Assembly (NCBI GenBank): GCA_965208615.1
Contig: CBDBPB010000007.1
Span: 288,001 to 352,000 of the forward strand
DNA from: Spirochaetota bacterium
GTDB taxonomy: Bacteria > Spirochaetota > UBA6919 > CBDBPB01
DNA length: 64,000 nt
Direction: 5' to 3'
In this document: one piece after another, positions 8,708-19,513 of the stretch
Layout of the letters: each line of letters opens with the position of its first letter
How positions within the stretch are numbered: the first letter of the stretch is position 1
Program-made: the position numbers and the translations under genes
The notes under the pieces: generated by a model
What the model was told of the DNA's origin: nothing
What the model saw: only the letters and a program-made list of their open reading frames with translations
Database searches by the model: none

Positions 8708-9396
8708 GTAAAGAAGGTATAAATAAAAGTAAGTTACGGTTTTTATTGTTAGAAAACAATATTGAGGCGATAAAAGAACTTTCTTTTGTAAATGGAAACG
8801 CTCTAATAAAAATACTTTCTAGGCTATTGTATGATAGGGATTATCTGGTAAGATGGAGGGTGGTAAGTGCTTTTGGTGAGCTAAGTGTTATTAGTCCTGA
8901 TTTAGTTAGGCGGACTGTTAGTCGTTTGGCATGGACTCTTAATGATGAGGCTGGATGTAGGAATTGGGGTGCTCCTGTTGTATTAGCTGAGATTGGTTAT
9001 CATGACTTATCCCTTGTGGATGAGGTTATAAGGATAGTTCTTCATTATATTGATGATCCCGAAACGTCATTACCTCCAAATCGTAATGTGGATATTGTAG
9101 TGGGAGTGCTTTGGTCTATTGCTAGATTTGCTAAAAGCCATCCTAACATAGCCAAAGAGGTTGTTGGACTGGTTATACCCTTTTTAGCTGATGAGAATAG
9201 TAATATTAGAGGTCATGCACTGTGGGCATTAGAGTCCCTTAGCCAATTTATAAAGGCAAGTGATAATAAGGATATTTTAAACATTCTTTTGCTTTTGAAA
9301 AAAGATTGTACTAAATTTAATCTCTATTTAGATAGACAGATTATTTCTTTAGAGATAAATAAATTAGCTATTAATATTTTAGCAAAGTTAAAATAA
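8698..9396 (+). CDS. HEAT-repeat protein (DVU0298-like)
   Basis: RWRVVSAFG, LAWTLNDEAG..WGAP, IRGHALWAL; overlaps the dsrH stop. Confidence 0.7.
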   Translation: MALSKEGINKSKLRFLLLENNIEAIKELSFVNGNALIKILSRLLYDRDYLVRWRVVSAFGELSVISPDLVRRTVSRLAWTLNDEAGCRNWGAPVVLAEIGYHDLSLVDEVIRIVLHYIDDPETSLPPNRNVDIVVGVLWSIARFAKSHPNIAKEVVGLVIPFLADENSNIRGHALWALESLSQFIKASDNKDILNILLLLKKDCTKFNLYLDRQIISLEINKLAINILAKLK

Positions 9397-9419
9397 CTAT
9401 TTTAAGGAGAAGTGATAAT

Positions 9420-10628
9420 ATGGCAGATGATTTAAAAACACCGCTTTTAGATGAGTTATTAGATGGGCGATGGCCTAGCTTTGTCAAGGATCTTAAAAGT
9501 GTTTCTGATAAGCAACCTATGGTAAAAGATTTATTGGGTCAGCTTGAATTATCCTATAGTGATAATGTTGGGCATTGGAAGCATGGTGGACTTGTTGGAG
9601 TCATGGGTTATGGTTCTGGTGTTATTGGCAGGTATTCTGATGTACCTGATAAATTCCCTAATGTAGCTCATTTTCACACTTTAAGGATTAATCAACCATC
9701 GGGGTGGTTTTATACTACTGAGGCTCTTACTAAGCTGTGTGATATTTGGGATAAATATGGTTCTGGTATGACAAACATGCACGGGACTACTGGTGACGTT
9801 ATTTTTCTTGGAACTAAAACTGAGCATTTAGAAAACTGTTTTACTGAGTTAACAGAAAATGGATGGGACTTAGGTGGTTCTGGTTCTGCTACAAGAACTC
9901 CATCTTGTTGTGTGGGACCTGCTAAGTGTCAGTTTTCTTTATTTGATACATTAAATGTTACTTATGAGTTAACACAGAACTATCAAGATGAGATTCACAG
10001 ACCTGTATGGCCATATAAGTTTAAATTTAAGTTTTCTGGTTGTCCTAATGATTGCGTTGCCGCTGCTGCACGGTCTGACCTTACTGTTATTGGTACATGG
10101 AGAGATAGTATCCGCATTGACCAAGCTGAGGTGGCTAATTATATAGATGGCGGGATGGATGTTGTTAGTGATGTACTTATGCTTTGTCCTACAAAATGTA
10201 TTACTCTAAAGGGCAAGGAAATGATCATTGATAATTCTGATTGTGTTAAGTGTATGCATTGTTTAAATGTAATGCCAAAGGCTCTTAGACCTGGTACTGA
10301 TACTGGGGCATCTATATTGGTAGGGGCTAAGGCTCCAATTGTAGAGGGTGCATTATTGTCATCTATGATAATACCTTTTATGAAGATTGAGCCGCCTTAT
10401 GAGGAGCTTATTGACTTAATTGACAAAATACAAGAGTTTTGGGAAGAACATGGTATGAATAGAGAGCGTATTGGGGAGTTTATTCAAAGAATTGGTCTTG
10501 GTAGCTTCCTTGAGGAAATTGGGGTTGAGCCTATACCAGAGCAGATTACAGCTCCAAGGGACAATCCATATATATTTTATGAGGAGTATTTTGAAGAGGG
10601 TGATGAAGACGAAGAAGATGAAGAATAA
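9420..10628 (+). CDS. dsrA: Dissimilatory sulfite reductase alpha subunit, reductive bacterial type
   Basis: HWKHGG..GYGSGVIGRY, siroheme motif GCPNDC, CVKCMHC. Confidence 0.98.
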   Translation: MADDLKTPLLDELLDGRWPSFVKDLKSVSDKQPMVKDLLGQLELSYSDNVGHWKHGGLVGVMGYGSGVIGRYSDVPDKFPNVAHFHTLRINQPSGWFYTTEALTKLCDIWDKYGSGMTNMHGTTGDVIFLGTKTEHLENCFTELTENGWDLGGSGSATRTPSCCVGPAKCQFSLFDTLNVTYELTQNYQDEIHRPVWPYKFKFKFSGCPNDCVAAAARSDLTVIGTWRDSIRIDQAEVANYIDGGMDVVSDVLMLCPTKCITLKGKEMIIDNSDCVKCMHCLNVMPKALRPGTDTGASILVGAKAPIVEGALLSSMIIPFMKIEPPYEELIDLIDKIQEFWEEHGMNRERIGEFIQRIGLGSFLEEIGVEPIPEQITAPRDNPYIFYEEYFEEGDEDEEDEE

Positions 10629-10751
10629 TATATTTTAGTTTTTAATTTATGATGTTAATAATGATTTACAATATAAATCTATTTTATGGTAGATAAAAAG
10701 TTATTTACTATAAGCTAAAAATTATACTAACTGATTTAGGAGGAATAGATT

Positions 10752-11828
10752 ATGGCTATGCCAAAAAGAGAAACTGATATAGGACCACCAAGTTATGAGA
10801 AGTTTCTTCATCCTGTTATAAAGAATAATTATGGTAAGTGGAAGTATCATGAGATTTTAAAGCCTGGAGTTTTAGTACACGTTGCTGAAAATGGCGACTC
10901 TATCTATACAGTAAGGGTTGGCTCACCTAGGCTAATAACTACTGATAAGATTCGTAAGCTTTGTCAGACTGCTAATAAATATTGTGATGGGTATTTAAGG
11001 TTTACCAGTAGAAGTAATGTTGAGTTTATGACTGATAAAAAAGAGAATATAGACCTTATAATAAAGGATGCTAGTTCTTATGATTTTCCAGCTGGTGGAA
11101 CTGGTAATTCTGTGTCTAGTATTGTACATACTCAAGGTTGGGTACATTGTCATACTGCGGCTACAGATGCCTCTGGGGTTGTCAAGTCTGTTATGGATGA
11201 GATTTATGACTATTTTGTTACTATGACCTTGCCTCACAGGGTAAAAATAGCTCTTGCATGTTGTTTAAATATGTGTGGAGCTGTTCATTGTTCTGATATA
11301 GCTATTCTTGGTATACACAGACGCCCTCCTACTATTAATCATGGGGATTTAAAGAACAAATGTGAAATACCTACTACTGTAGCATCATGTCCTACTGCGG
11401 CTATTAGGCCTACATCTGTGGATGGCAAGCCTTCTGTAGAGGTAATTGAGGAAAAGTGTATGTATTGTGGTAATTGTTATACAACTTGTCCGTCTATGCC
11501 TATTGCTAACTCGCTTAATGATGGAGTATCAATTTGGGTTGGTGGAAAGGTCTCTAATGCAAGGTCTGCACCTAAGTTTTCTAAGTTAGCTGTTGCATAT
11601 ATTGAAAATGAGCCTCCAAGGTGGCCTGGGGTATCTGCGGCTGTTAAAAAGATTATTGAGGTTTATGCTGAGAATGCCAGAAATTGGGAGCGTATTGGTG
11701 AGTGGATAGAGCGAGTTGGTTGGTCTAAGTTTTTCAAACTAACTGGATTTGAGTTTACAAAATATCATATTGATGATTTTAAAGGACCTATTAGGAGTTA
11801 TAATAACTCGACTCACGTTAGATTTTAG
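10752..11828 (+). CDS. dsrB: Dissimilatory sulfite reductase beta subunit
   Basis: [31 protein letters not shown]. Confidence 0.98.
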   Translation: MAMPKRETDIGPPSYEKFLHPVIKNNYGKWKYHEILKPGVLVHVAENGDSIYTVRVGSPRLITTDKIRKLCQTANKYCDGYLRFTSRSNVEFMTDKKENIDLIIKDASSYDFPAGGTGNSVSSIVHTQGWVHCHTAATDASGVVKSVMDEIYDYFVTMTLPHRVKIALACCLNMCGAVHCSDIAILGIHRRPPTINHGDLKNKCEIPTTVASCPTAAIRPTSVDGKPSVEVIEEKCMYCGNCYTTCPSMPIANSLNDGVSIWVGGKVSNARSAPKFSKLAVAYIENEPPRWPGVSAAVKKIIEVYAENARNWERIGEWIERVGWSKFFKLTGFEFTKYHIDDFKGPIRSYNNSTHVRF

Positions 11829-11839
11829 TTGGAGGTGTT

Positions 11840-12082
11840 ATGAGTGTTTCTATTGAACAGATAGCTGATGATATGTATAAGCTTGTGTCTGACGCTGCTG
11901 GAAAGAAAAAGTTAAAGCCTGGCGATTTAACCAAGTCTATTATTAAGCAGTACGGTGATCAGGTATCAAAAAAGGATTGCAAAGCTGCTCTTAAGACCCT
12001 TATTGACGGCGGAAAGTGTATATATGGTTATTTTGGTGGTAGTTCGGTAGAGCTTCCACGAAAAGAAGGGGCTGAGAATTAG
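11840..12082 (+). CDS. dsrD: DsrD
   Basis: 80-aa basic protein directly after dsrB, with C-terminal Y-x-Y-F-G-G-S-S motif. Confidence 0.8.
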   Translation: MSVSIEQIADDMYKLVSDAAGKKKLKPGDLTKSIIKQYGDQVSKKDCKAALKTLIDGGKCIYGYFGGSSVELPRKEGAEN

Positions 12083-12092
12083 TTTATTAATT

Positions 12093-12120
12093 AGGCATCC
12101 TTTTTATTGGGTGCCTTTTT
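12093..12120 (+). terminator. Intrinsic terminator after dsrD
   Basis: AGGCATCC...GGGTGCCT followed by a T run. Confidence 0.7.
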
Positions 12121-12315
12121 AATATGTTATATTAGTTTTTATTGTTTTGTTTAGACTGTGGTTTATTTGTATATTATTTACTGAGCAATTATTTAATAAT
12201 AGTATTAAGGTATTTTGAATGGCTTAGGGTCAAAGTTTGGATATTATAAATAGATTAAATTTTAAAAGGCGATTTACGTCAATTTTAAATAGACAATACT
12301 AAGTTAGGAGGATAA

Positions 12316-13995
12316 ATGGCTATTAAGAAAAAGAAAAAGGTAGCTAAGAAAGCTAAAAGGAGTTTTGCTGCATCGGGTGCAGGGTCTACTCAGGTCTCTA
12401 GTTTAAGACCAAAGTATACTAAGAAAATACCACCGTGTAATGTTGCTTGTCCTAGTAGTGAGACAATTAGGAGTTATTTAACTACTGTTGCACAGAAGGA
12501 TGAGTATGGGCTAACCTTAGATCAGGCTACTAAAGATGCTTGGCATATTTTAACTGCTAAAAACCCATTTCCTTCAGTTTGTGGTAGGGTATGTCCTCAT
12601 CCTTGTGAGACTGGTTGTAATAGGGCTCAATTTGACACACCAGTGGCTATTAACAATGTTGAGCGTTATATTGGTGATTTTGGAATTAAAAACAATTTAG
12701 AATATACAAAGCCTAATGAAAAGTATTCAGAGAAGGTAGCTGTTATTGGCTCTGGTCCTGGTGGTATGAGTTGTGCCTATCAGTTGGCTAAAATGGGATA
12801 TTCTGTAACTGTGTTTGAGCAGTTTGCTGAGTCTGGGGGTATGCTTAGGTATGGGATACCGTCATATAGGTTGCCTCGGGATGTTTTGGATGCTGAGGTT
12901 CAAAAGATAGTTGATCTTGGTGTAGAGATGCGGTATAACACTAAGATTGGTAAGGATATAAGTATAGATGAGCTTAAGAAAGAGTATAAGGCATTTTTTC
13001 TTGGTATTGGTGCTCATGTTGGCTATGAGTTAGGCGTAGAGGGTGAGGATGCCCCTAATGTATACTCTGGTGCAGACTTTTTAAATAGGTTTAATGCTGG
13101 GGAGACCATTGAGGTTGGTGATAAGGTTTTGATAGTGGGAGGTGGTGATAGTGCCATTGACTGTGCCAGAACTTGTAGGCGGCTAGGTGCTGATGTTAGT
13201 ATTGTTTATCGGCGTGGTAAGGCTGAAATGCCTGCTATAGCTCATGAGATAGATGAGGCTGAGAAAGAAGGTGTTAAGCTTGAACTTTTGACTGCTCCTA
13301 TTTCTTTTGTTAAAGAGGGTGATAAAGCTACTGGTATGAATTGTTTACGTATGGAGCTTGGTGAGCCTGACTCATCTGGTCGTAGACGTCCTGTACCTAT
13401 TAAGGGGTCTGAGTTTGTTATTGAGGCTAGTACTGTTATTGCGGCTATTAGTCAGGAGCCTGATTTTACTGGATTTGAGCAGTTTAAGCATGGAAAAGAT
13501 TGGGTTAGGGTTAATGATCAGCGTATGACTAATGTGGATAGTGTTTTTGCTGGGGGTGATGTTATTGAGTTAATGTTAGTTACCACTGCTATTGGTCATG
13601 GTAGAATGGCGGCTGAGAACATTCATCATTATATTAGGGGTACTAAACCATCAGATGATAATAAGATGGAGGTTGTAAGCTATGATAAGCTTAATACCCG
13701 CTACTATAGTGAAAAACCACGTCATGAATATAATAGTATATCTTTAGAAGATAGGCTGGGTACTTTTAATGAGGTTAACTTTACTCTAAGTCCTGATGAG
13801 TTTTTAGAAGAGACTAAGCGATGTTTTAGTTGTGGAATGTGTTTTGACTGCGATAACTGTTGGAGTTATTGTCAGGATGGGGTTATTGAGAAGTTGCCTA
13901 AGGGTCAGCACTACGATTTTTATAAGATGGAGCAGTGTATTGGTTGTAAGAAGTGTGCTGAAGAGTGTCCATGCGGCTATATTGATATGATATAG
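12316..13995 (+). CDS. dsrL: DsrL, Fe-S flavoprotein (probably the NADP(H)-preferring DsrL-2 type)
   Basis: GltD-like core (CGRVCPHPCE, GSGPGG, GGGDSA, YRR) plus C-terminal RCFSCGMCFDCDNC and CIGCKKCAEECPCG; follows dsrABD. Confidence 0.92.
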   Translation: MAIKKKKKVAKKAKRSFAASGAGSTQVSSLRPKYTKKIPPCNVACPSSETIRSYLTTVAQKDEYGLTLDQATKDAWHILTAKNPFPSVCGRVCPHPCETGCNRAQFDTPVAINNVERYIGDFGIKNNLEYTKPNEKYSEKVAVIGSGPGGMSCAYQLAKMGYSVTVFEQFAESGGMLRYGIPSYRLPRDVLDAEVQKIVDLGVEMRYNTKIGKDISIDELKKEYKAFFLGIGAHVGYELGVEGEDAPNVYSGADFLNRFNAGETIEVGDKVLIVGGGDSAIDCARTCRRLGADVSIVYRRGKAEMPAIAHEIDEAEKEGVKLELLTAPISFVKEGDKATGMNCLRMELGEPDSSGRRRPVPIKGSEFVIEASTVIAAISQEPDFTGFEQFKHGKDWVRVNDQRMTNVDSVFAGGDVIELMLVTTAIGHGRMAAENIHHYIRGTKPSDDNKMEVVSYDKLNTRYYSEKPRHEYNSISLEDRLGTFNEVNFTLSPDEFLEETKRCFSCGMCFDCDNCWSYCQDGVIEKLPKGQHYDFYKMEQCIGCKKCAEECPCGYIDMI

Positions 13996-14247
13996 CTTTT
14001 AAGGTATTATTTTTATAAGATTAAATAGGTCTTTTAGTTTTTGTTTATGGTTTATAACTTTTTAAACATTAGCTAATAAGGCCTATTTTATTATGCTTTT
14101 TTTATGTTTTTTAAAAAAGAATTTGGTTAAGACATAAATTATTATCATATTTAATATGTTATATTTTAGGATTTAATAACTTTTTTAATAAGTAGTAGAA
14201 AGTATATTATATTTTAGCTATCTTTGTAGAGGTTTTTAAGGGTTGTA

Positions 14248-14430
14248 GTGATGAAAAGTGCTAAAAAGAAGGTTCTTAAGAAAAAAGTACGAAAAATAGG
14301 CGTTACTACTCAGTGTTGTGAGAATTATTGTAGGGATTGTAGGAATATTTTACTTAAGGGTACTAATGAGATACCCAATATTGCTTATCGGAACCCTGAA
14401 AGACCAGGCTATAAAGATTTTGAAAGCTAA
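14248..14430 (+). CDS. Small hypothetical protein, Lys-rich N-terminus, CCxxxCxxC
   Basis: ORF track; apparently paired with the next ORF. Confidence 0.55.
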   Translation: MMKSAKKKVLKKKVRKIGVTTQCCENYCRDCRNILLKGTNEIPNIAYRNPERPGYKDFES

Positions 14431-14443
14431 TTAGGAGTTTTAT

Positions 14444-14680
14444 ATGGCAGATAGTTGCTTATATTATAAACCAATTGTTAATCAGACTGATAAACAAGAT
14501 AGTTTTGCTTTAAAGATGTCTTTTTTAAGTGGAGATGGCCTTTGCCCTGTGTGCAAGCGAGAAGGAAAAGAGGTAAAGATTGAAGAGCGTCTTGGGGATA
14601 CTACTTGTGAGAGGGATGGTACTTATGCTGTTTGTATAGACAATAACGGCGTTATGAAGCATGGCACATCTCTTGACTGA
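14444..14680 (+). CDS. Small Cys-containing hypothetical protein
   Basis: AGGAG RBS; CPVC plus three further Cys. Confidence 0.7.
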   Translation: MADSCLYYKPIVNQTDKQDSFALKMSFLSGDGLCPVCKREGKEVKIEERLGDTTCERDGTYAVCIDNNGVMKHGTSLD

Positions 14681-14828
14681 TTCTTGATAATAGAAAAGTT
14701 AAGTCTTACTTTTATATATTTTACTTAACAAAAAATACAATATATTTTCTTTCTTATTTGGACTTTTAAATTTAGAGTAAGTTATTATATAAAACAAGGT
14801 TTAAGAGTTTTTGTTTAGGGGTTAGTAA

Positions 14829-15476
14829 ATGAAACTATTTTTAGATACGGCTAATATAGACGAAATTAGAGAGATAAATGATCTTGGGATAATTGATGGA
14901 GTTACTACTAACCCATCCCTTATAGCAAAAGAAAATAGGGACTTTAAACTCGTAGTAAAAGAAATAGTAAGAATAGTTGATGGTCCTATTAGTGCTGAGG
15001 TTATAAGCAGTGATTCTGAGGGTATGATAAAAGAGGCTTATGACCTAGCTAGTATCCATGAGAATATAGTTGTTAAGGTGCCTCTTACTGAGCAAGGGAT
15101 TAAGGCTACTTCTAAGTTAAGTAAAGATAATATTAAAACTAATGTTACCTTATGTTTTTCGGTTAGTCAGGCTTTATTGGCGGCTAAAGTTGGGGCTAGT
15201 TTTGTTAGTCCATTTATTGGACGTATAGATGACCTTAGTTATTATGGAATCCAGCTTATTAGAGATATTGTAGATGTTTATCATAATTATTCTTTTAGTA
15301 CAAAGGTTATTGCCGCAAGCATAAGGCATCCTCTTCATGTATATGAATCTGCCATTAGTGGTTGTCATATTGCAACCGTTCCATATAAAGTTATAAAGCA
15401 GTTATTTAGTCATCCTCTTACTGATATTGGCATTGATAAGTTTCTTAAGGATTGGGAAGGTTTAAAGACCAGATAA
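14829..15476 (+). CDS. fsa: Transaldolase / fructose-6-phosphate aldolase (short type)
   Basis: [28 protein letters not shown]. Confidence 0.92.
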   Translation: MKLFLDTANIDEIREINDLGIIDGVTTNPSLIAKENRDFKLVVKEIVRIVDGPISAEVISSDSEGMIKEAYDLASIHENIVVKVPLTEQGIKATSKLSKDNIKTNVTLCFSVSQALLAAKVGASFVSPFIGRIDDLSYYGIQLIRDIVDVYHNYSFSTKVIAASIRHPLHVYESAISGCHIATVPYKVIKQLFSHPLTDIGIDKFLKDWEGLKTR

Positions 15477-15478
15477 TT

Positions 15479-16543
15479 ATGCTATCATTTATTTTATTTC
15501 TCCATGTATTGCCGTTTATGTCGGTTTTGGATACAGGAAAATATAGTTATAACTTTCCTTATGATCATAATGCACATCCACAATATCAGACTGAATGGTG
15601 GTATTATACTGGACATTTAAAAACCGTTAATGGGCATAGATATGGATATGAGTTAACTTTTTTTAAAGTAGAGTGGCCAGAGTCTTTAGTTAAACACCCA
15701 AAAGGCTGGAAGGCTAAACCTATTTACTTAGCTCATTTTGCAATTTCTGATATTACAAAAAAGCGTTTTTATTATGATGAAAAGATAAATAGGCCTATTG
15801 GTGATATTGCAGGTGTAGATAAGATTAATAGCTCTTATACTATTTGGAATGAAGACTGGAAAACTGTTATCACTAATAAGCGGCATAAGTTATTTGCCAA
15901 TAGTAAAGGCTTTAAGCTTAACCTTAGCCTATACCCTCTGAAAGAGCCTGTAGTTCATGGTATTGATGGGGTTAGTAAAAAGGGGAAAGAGCCAGATAAC
16001 TTTTCTTATTACTACTCTATATCCCGCTTAAAAACTATTGGTGAGATTATAATTGATGGTAAGGCTTTTAGTTGCTCTGGTCTTAGCTGGATGGATCATG
16101 AGTGGATGAATAATAGAAAGTATTTTGCTTTTGCTAAGTTAGGTTGGGATTGGTTTAGTATTCAGCTTAGTAATGGTATGGATATAATGATCTATAAGAT
16201 TAGGGATAAGGAGAACAAAGGGACTTTAAGTGGTACAATTGTTTATAGTGATGGTCGTAAAAGGCATTTAGGCTTTAGTGATATATATATAAAGGAATTA
16301 GAATATTGGCAGAGTCCATCTACTAAGGCTGTATACCCTATTAAGTGGGAGCTATCTATTTTAGGCTCTAAGATTAAGCTAAATATTAGTCCATATTTTA
16401 AAAATCAGGAGCTTAACACTTATAGGAGTACTAGGGTTATTTATTGGGAAGGTGCAACGAATATTTTTGGTAAAGTTGGGGCTAAGCAAGTAAGTGGACA
16501 AGGTTATGTTGAGATGACTGGATACACTTCAAATAGAGAGTAA
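15479..16543 (+). CDS. Secreted AttH/CrtC-like lipocalin-fold protein
   Basis: FPYDH..H..TEWWY, WMDHEW, GWDWF, YWEG, GYVEMTGY. Confidence 0.85.
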   Translation: MLSFILFLHVLPFMSVLDTGKYSYNFPYDHNAHPQYQTEWWYYTGHLKTVNGHRYGYELTFFKVEWPESLVKHPKGWKAKPIYLAHFAISDITKKRFYYDEKINRPIGDIAGVDKINSSYTIWNEDWKTVITNKRHKLFANSKGFKLNLSLYPLKEPVVHGIDGVSKKGKEPDNFSYYYSISRLKTIGEIIIDGKAFSCSGLSWMDHEWMNNRKYFAFAKLGWDWFSIQLSNGMDIMIYKIRDKENKGTLSGTIVYSDGRKRHLGFSDIYIKELEYWQSPSTKAVYPIKWELSILGSKIKLNISPYFKNQELNTYRSTRVIYWEGATNIFGKVGAKQVSGQGYVEMTGYTSNRE

Positions 16544-16555
16544 TGGTAAGACTTT

Positions 16556-18121
16556 ATGTTTGATAAAAAGGATAAGGCTATTAATAACATTGAACTTTTA
16601 CAGTTATCTAATAACCTTACTAGTATTTATGGTATTGATAGTATTTTAAAGACTATTAGCAATGAGACAATTTCTTTGTTAAATGCTGATAGGTGTAGTA
16701 TTTTTATATATGATCCAATTAAGCAGTTGTTGTGGTCTAAGGTTGCCCATGGACTTGAGATAGATATTATTCGTCTTAAGCTAGGAGAGGGTATAGCTGG
16801 GTTAGTGGCTAAGAATAAATCTATTATGAACATTAGGGATGCCTATGATAATGAGCATTTTAGCTCTCATATTGATGAGTCAACTGGATATAAAACTAAA
16901 ACATTATTAGCTTGTCCTCTTTTGAACATAAGCCATGATTTAGTTGGTGTTATTGAGGTTCTGAACAAAAAGGACGGCAAGTTTAATAAAAGGGATGAGA
17001 ACTTTTTAGAAATTATATCAAAGTTATCTGCTATTGCTGTTGAACAAGCACAGCTTTATGAGTGGAATAGGTTATTAAGGCAATATAACGAAAACATTAT
17101 AAAAAATATATCCTCTGGGCTTATTGTTCTTGATGGTAATTTTAGAGTTACTATGATGAACAGGGTTGCTGAGACTATTCTTAATCCATTTACTAAGGGG
17201 CTAAATGGTAAGATAATTATTGACGAGGTATTATTTTTTAGTGAGCTTGAATCTTTTTTAGAAGACCTTAAAAATAATGGTAGTGCTAAAATAGATAATG
17301 TTGAGATTTCTTATAATAATGAGACTCGTTTTTTTAATATAAGAGCATCAGAGCTTAAATCTAAAACAGAAGAGGATTATGGCTATAACATATTAATTGA
17401 TGATATTAGTGAAAAGGTGCTTTTAGAACGAGAAAATAAACAAAAAGAAAATCTATCTTTAATTGGGAATATGACTAGTTCTATTATACACGATATAAAA
17501 AATCCTATCTCTATTATTACTGCATACTTACAGATTATGAATAAGAGGTCTGATGATGATAGATTTAAGCATTATTTTTCAATTATTGACAGAGAAATTA
17601 ATAGGCTGATTAAGATGACTGAAGAGGTTCTTCACTTTGCAAGAGGCGAATACAAAATTAATTTAGAGACTTGTAGAATAGGTGATTTTATAGAGGAAAT
17701 AACCCCTCTTATTAAACAGTTATTTCAGAAAAAGCAAATTAACCTTAAAATTGACATACAAAATGAAGATATTGTTACTTTTGATAGGGATAAGATAAGA
17801 CGTCTAATTTATAATATTGCATCCAATGCAGATGTTGCCATGGACAAAGGTGGACTTTTTGAGATTCGTATGTATAAAACTCTTAATAGTTTTAGGATGC
17901 ACTTTAAGGATAATGGATATGGTATTTCTAAACATATTTATGATAAAGTTATGATTCCTTTTTCTACTTATGGTAAGGCTGATGGTATTGGTCTTGGCAT
18001 GGCTATAGTCAAAAAGATAGTAGATGAGCATAAAGGGGATATAAAAATTAATAGCGAGGAAGGCGTTGGAACAGAAATAATTATTACTTTATCCCTTGAT
18101 CCTTACAAAACAGAGAAATAG
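16556..18121 (+). CDS. GAF-PAS sensor histidine kinase
   Basis: GAF (GEGIAG, TGYKT, LNKK); H-box HDIKNP; DNGYG; GIGLGM. Confidence 0.9.
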   Translation: MFDKKDKAINNIELLQLSNNLTSIYGIDSILKTISNETISLLNADRCSIFIYDPIKQLLWSKVAHGLEIDIIRLKLGEGIAGLVAKNKSIMNIRDAYDNEHFSSHIDESTGYKTKTLLACPLLNISHDLVGVIEVLNKKDGKFNKRDENFLEIISKLSAIAVEQAQLYEWNRLLRQYNENIIKNISSGLIVLDGNFRVTMMNRVAETILNPFTKGLNGKIIIDEVLFFSELESFLEDLKNNGSAKIDNVEISYNNETRFFNIRASELKSKTEEDYGYNILIDDISEKVLLERENKQKENLSLIGNMTSSIIHDIKNPISIITAYLQIMNKRSDDDRFKHYFSIIDREINRLIKMTEEVLHFARGEYKINLETCRIGDFIEEITPLIKQLFQKKQINLKIDIQNEDIVTFDRDKIRRLIYNIASNADVAMDKGGLFEIRMYKTLNSFRMHFKDNGYGISKHIYDKVMIPFSTYGKADGIGLGMAIVKKIVDEHKGDIKINSEEGVGTEIIITLSLDPYKTEK

Positions 18122-18131
18122 TCTAGTAGTT

Positions 18132-19421
18132 TTAGTTTTTTAAAGAAGGCTGTCCGTTGCTTTCAAGAATACTCTGCCATAATGCACCTTTTGGATCTAC
18201 CTGTTTTCGTTTAGAGGTAACAAGGGGTATTGGTAAATGGACAAACATATTATTCCATACGCCTACTATCATATTAGTTTTACCAGCCATTGCGGCGTGT
18301 ACTGCATTTTGAGCAAGGAAGCCGCAAAAAGCACTATCATTAGGATTAGCTGGAACAGAACGTATTATATAACTAGGGTCAATATACTTAAGGTTTATCT
18401 CATAATTTATAGACTTAAAATAATTAGTAATTTCTTTTTTTAAATATAGTCCAATATCACCGAGTTTTATATTACCAGATGGATCACTGCCCATTGACCT
18501 ATCCTCTACATATTTTTGTCCAGCACCTTCAGCAACAACGATAACAGCATGATCTTTTTCATCCAAGCGTTTTTTTATAGTTGTTAATAGTCCGTTATTT
18601 CCTTCAATATCAAAGTCTACCTCTGGTATTAGTACATAATTAACCTCTTTTAATGCAAGAGCCGCATTAGAGGCAATAAATCCAGAGTGTCTTCCCATGA
18701 GTTTTACCAGTCCAATTCCATTAGGGGCACCAATGGCCTCAGCATGGGCACTTGCAATAGACTCAGCAGCAGCAGAAAAGGCAGTCTCAAAGCCAAAACT
18801 TCTAGCTACATAGGATATATCATTATCTATAGTTTTTGGTATACCAATTACACTAATGTTTAAGTTTCTTTTTTTTACTTCATTTGCGATAGAGCTAGCT
18901 CCTCTAAGGGTTCCATCGCCACCAATGGTAAATAGACAGCCTATTTTTAACTCTTCTAAATAGTCTACTATTATGTTAATAGGCTGTTTACCCCTTGATG
19001 AGCCTAAGAATGAGCCTCCAAGTTTATTAATATCTTTTACTATGTTAGGAACGAGTTTTAAAGGCTTATGTCCATATTTTGGATTAAGTCCTTGATAGCC
19101 ATAACGAAAGCCTAATATATTTTTAACTCCATAGACATAATATAATTGTATTACCAGAGTTCTGATAACATTGTTAATCCCCGGACAAAGCCCACCACAG
19201 CTTACTATAGCGGCTTTAGTTTTACTGGCATTATAAAGTATTTTTTGTCTAGCACCAGCTTTTTCGAAAGAAGGAATATCTTTTCCTTGTTTAACTAAGG
19301 CTATTATGTCTTTGGCAAATATATTGTATAATATTCTCTCCCCATCGTCTGTAAATAATTGACTTTCAATGGGTGAATCAACATTAGGAGTACCAACACA
19401 CTCAATTTTAGTATCTATCAT
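18132..19421 (-). CDS. pfkA: ATP-dependent 6-phosphofructokinase (GGDG, group X type)
   Basis: CGGLCPG, GGDGT, PKTIDND, MGR; start chosen at MIDTK. Confidence 0.9.
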   Translation of the reverse strand: MIDTKIECVGTPNVDSPIESQLFTDDGERILYNIFAKDIIALVKQGKDIPSFEKAGARQKILYNASKTKAAIVSCGGLCPGINNVIRTLVIQLYYVYGVKNILGFRYGYQGLNPKYGHKPLKLVPNIVKDINKLGGSFLGSSRGKQPINIIVDYLEELKIGCLFTIGGDGTLRGASSIANEVKKRNLNISVIGIPKTIDNDISYVARSFGFETAFSAAAESIASAHAEAIGAPNGIGLVKLMGRHSGFIASNAALALKEVNYVLIPEVDFDIEGNNGLLTTIKKRLDEKDHAVIVVAEGAGQKYVEDRSMGSDPSGNIKLGDIGLYLKKEITNYFKSINYEINLKYIDPSYIIRSVPANPNDSAFCGFLAQNAVHAAMAGKTNMIVGVWNNMFVHLPIPLVTSKRKQVDPKGALWQSILESNGQPSLKN

Positions 19422-19513
19422 ATTTAGGTTAACCCATAAGATTACTATAAGTTCCAATTTAATAGCTGTAATTACAAAAAAGAGTAACAGTAAGAGTTTT
19501 TTTATACTAAATA

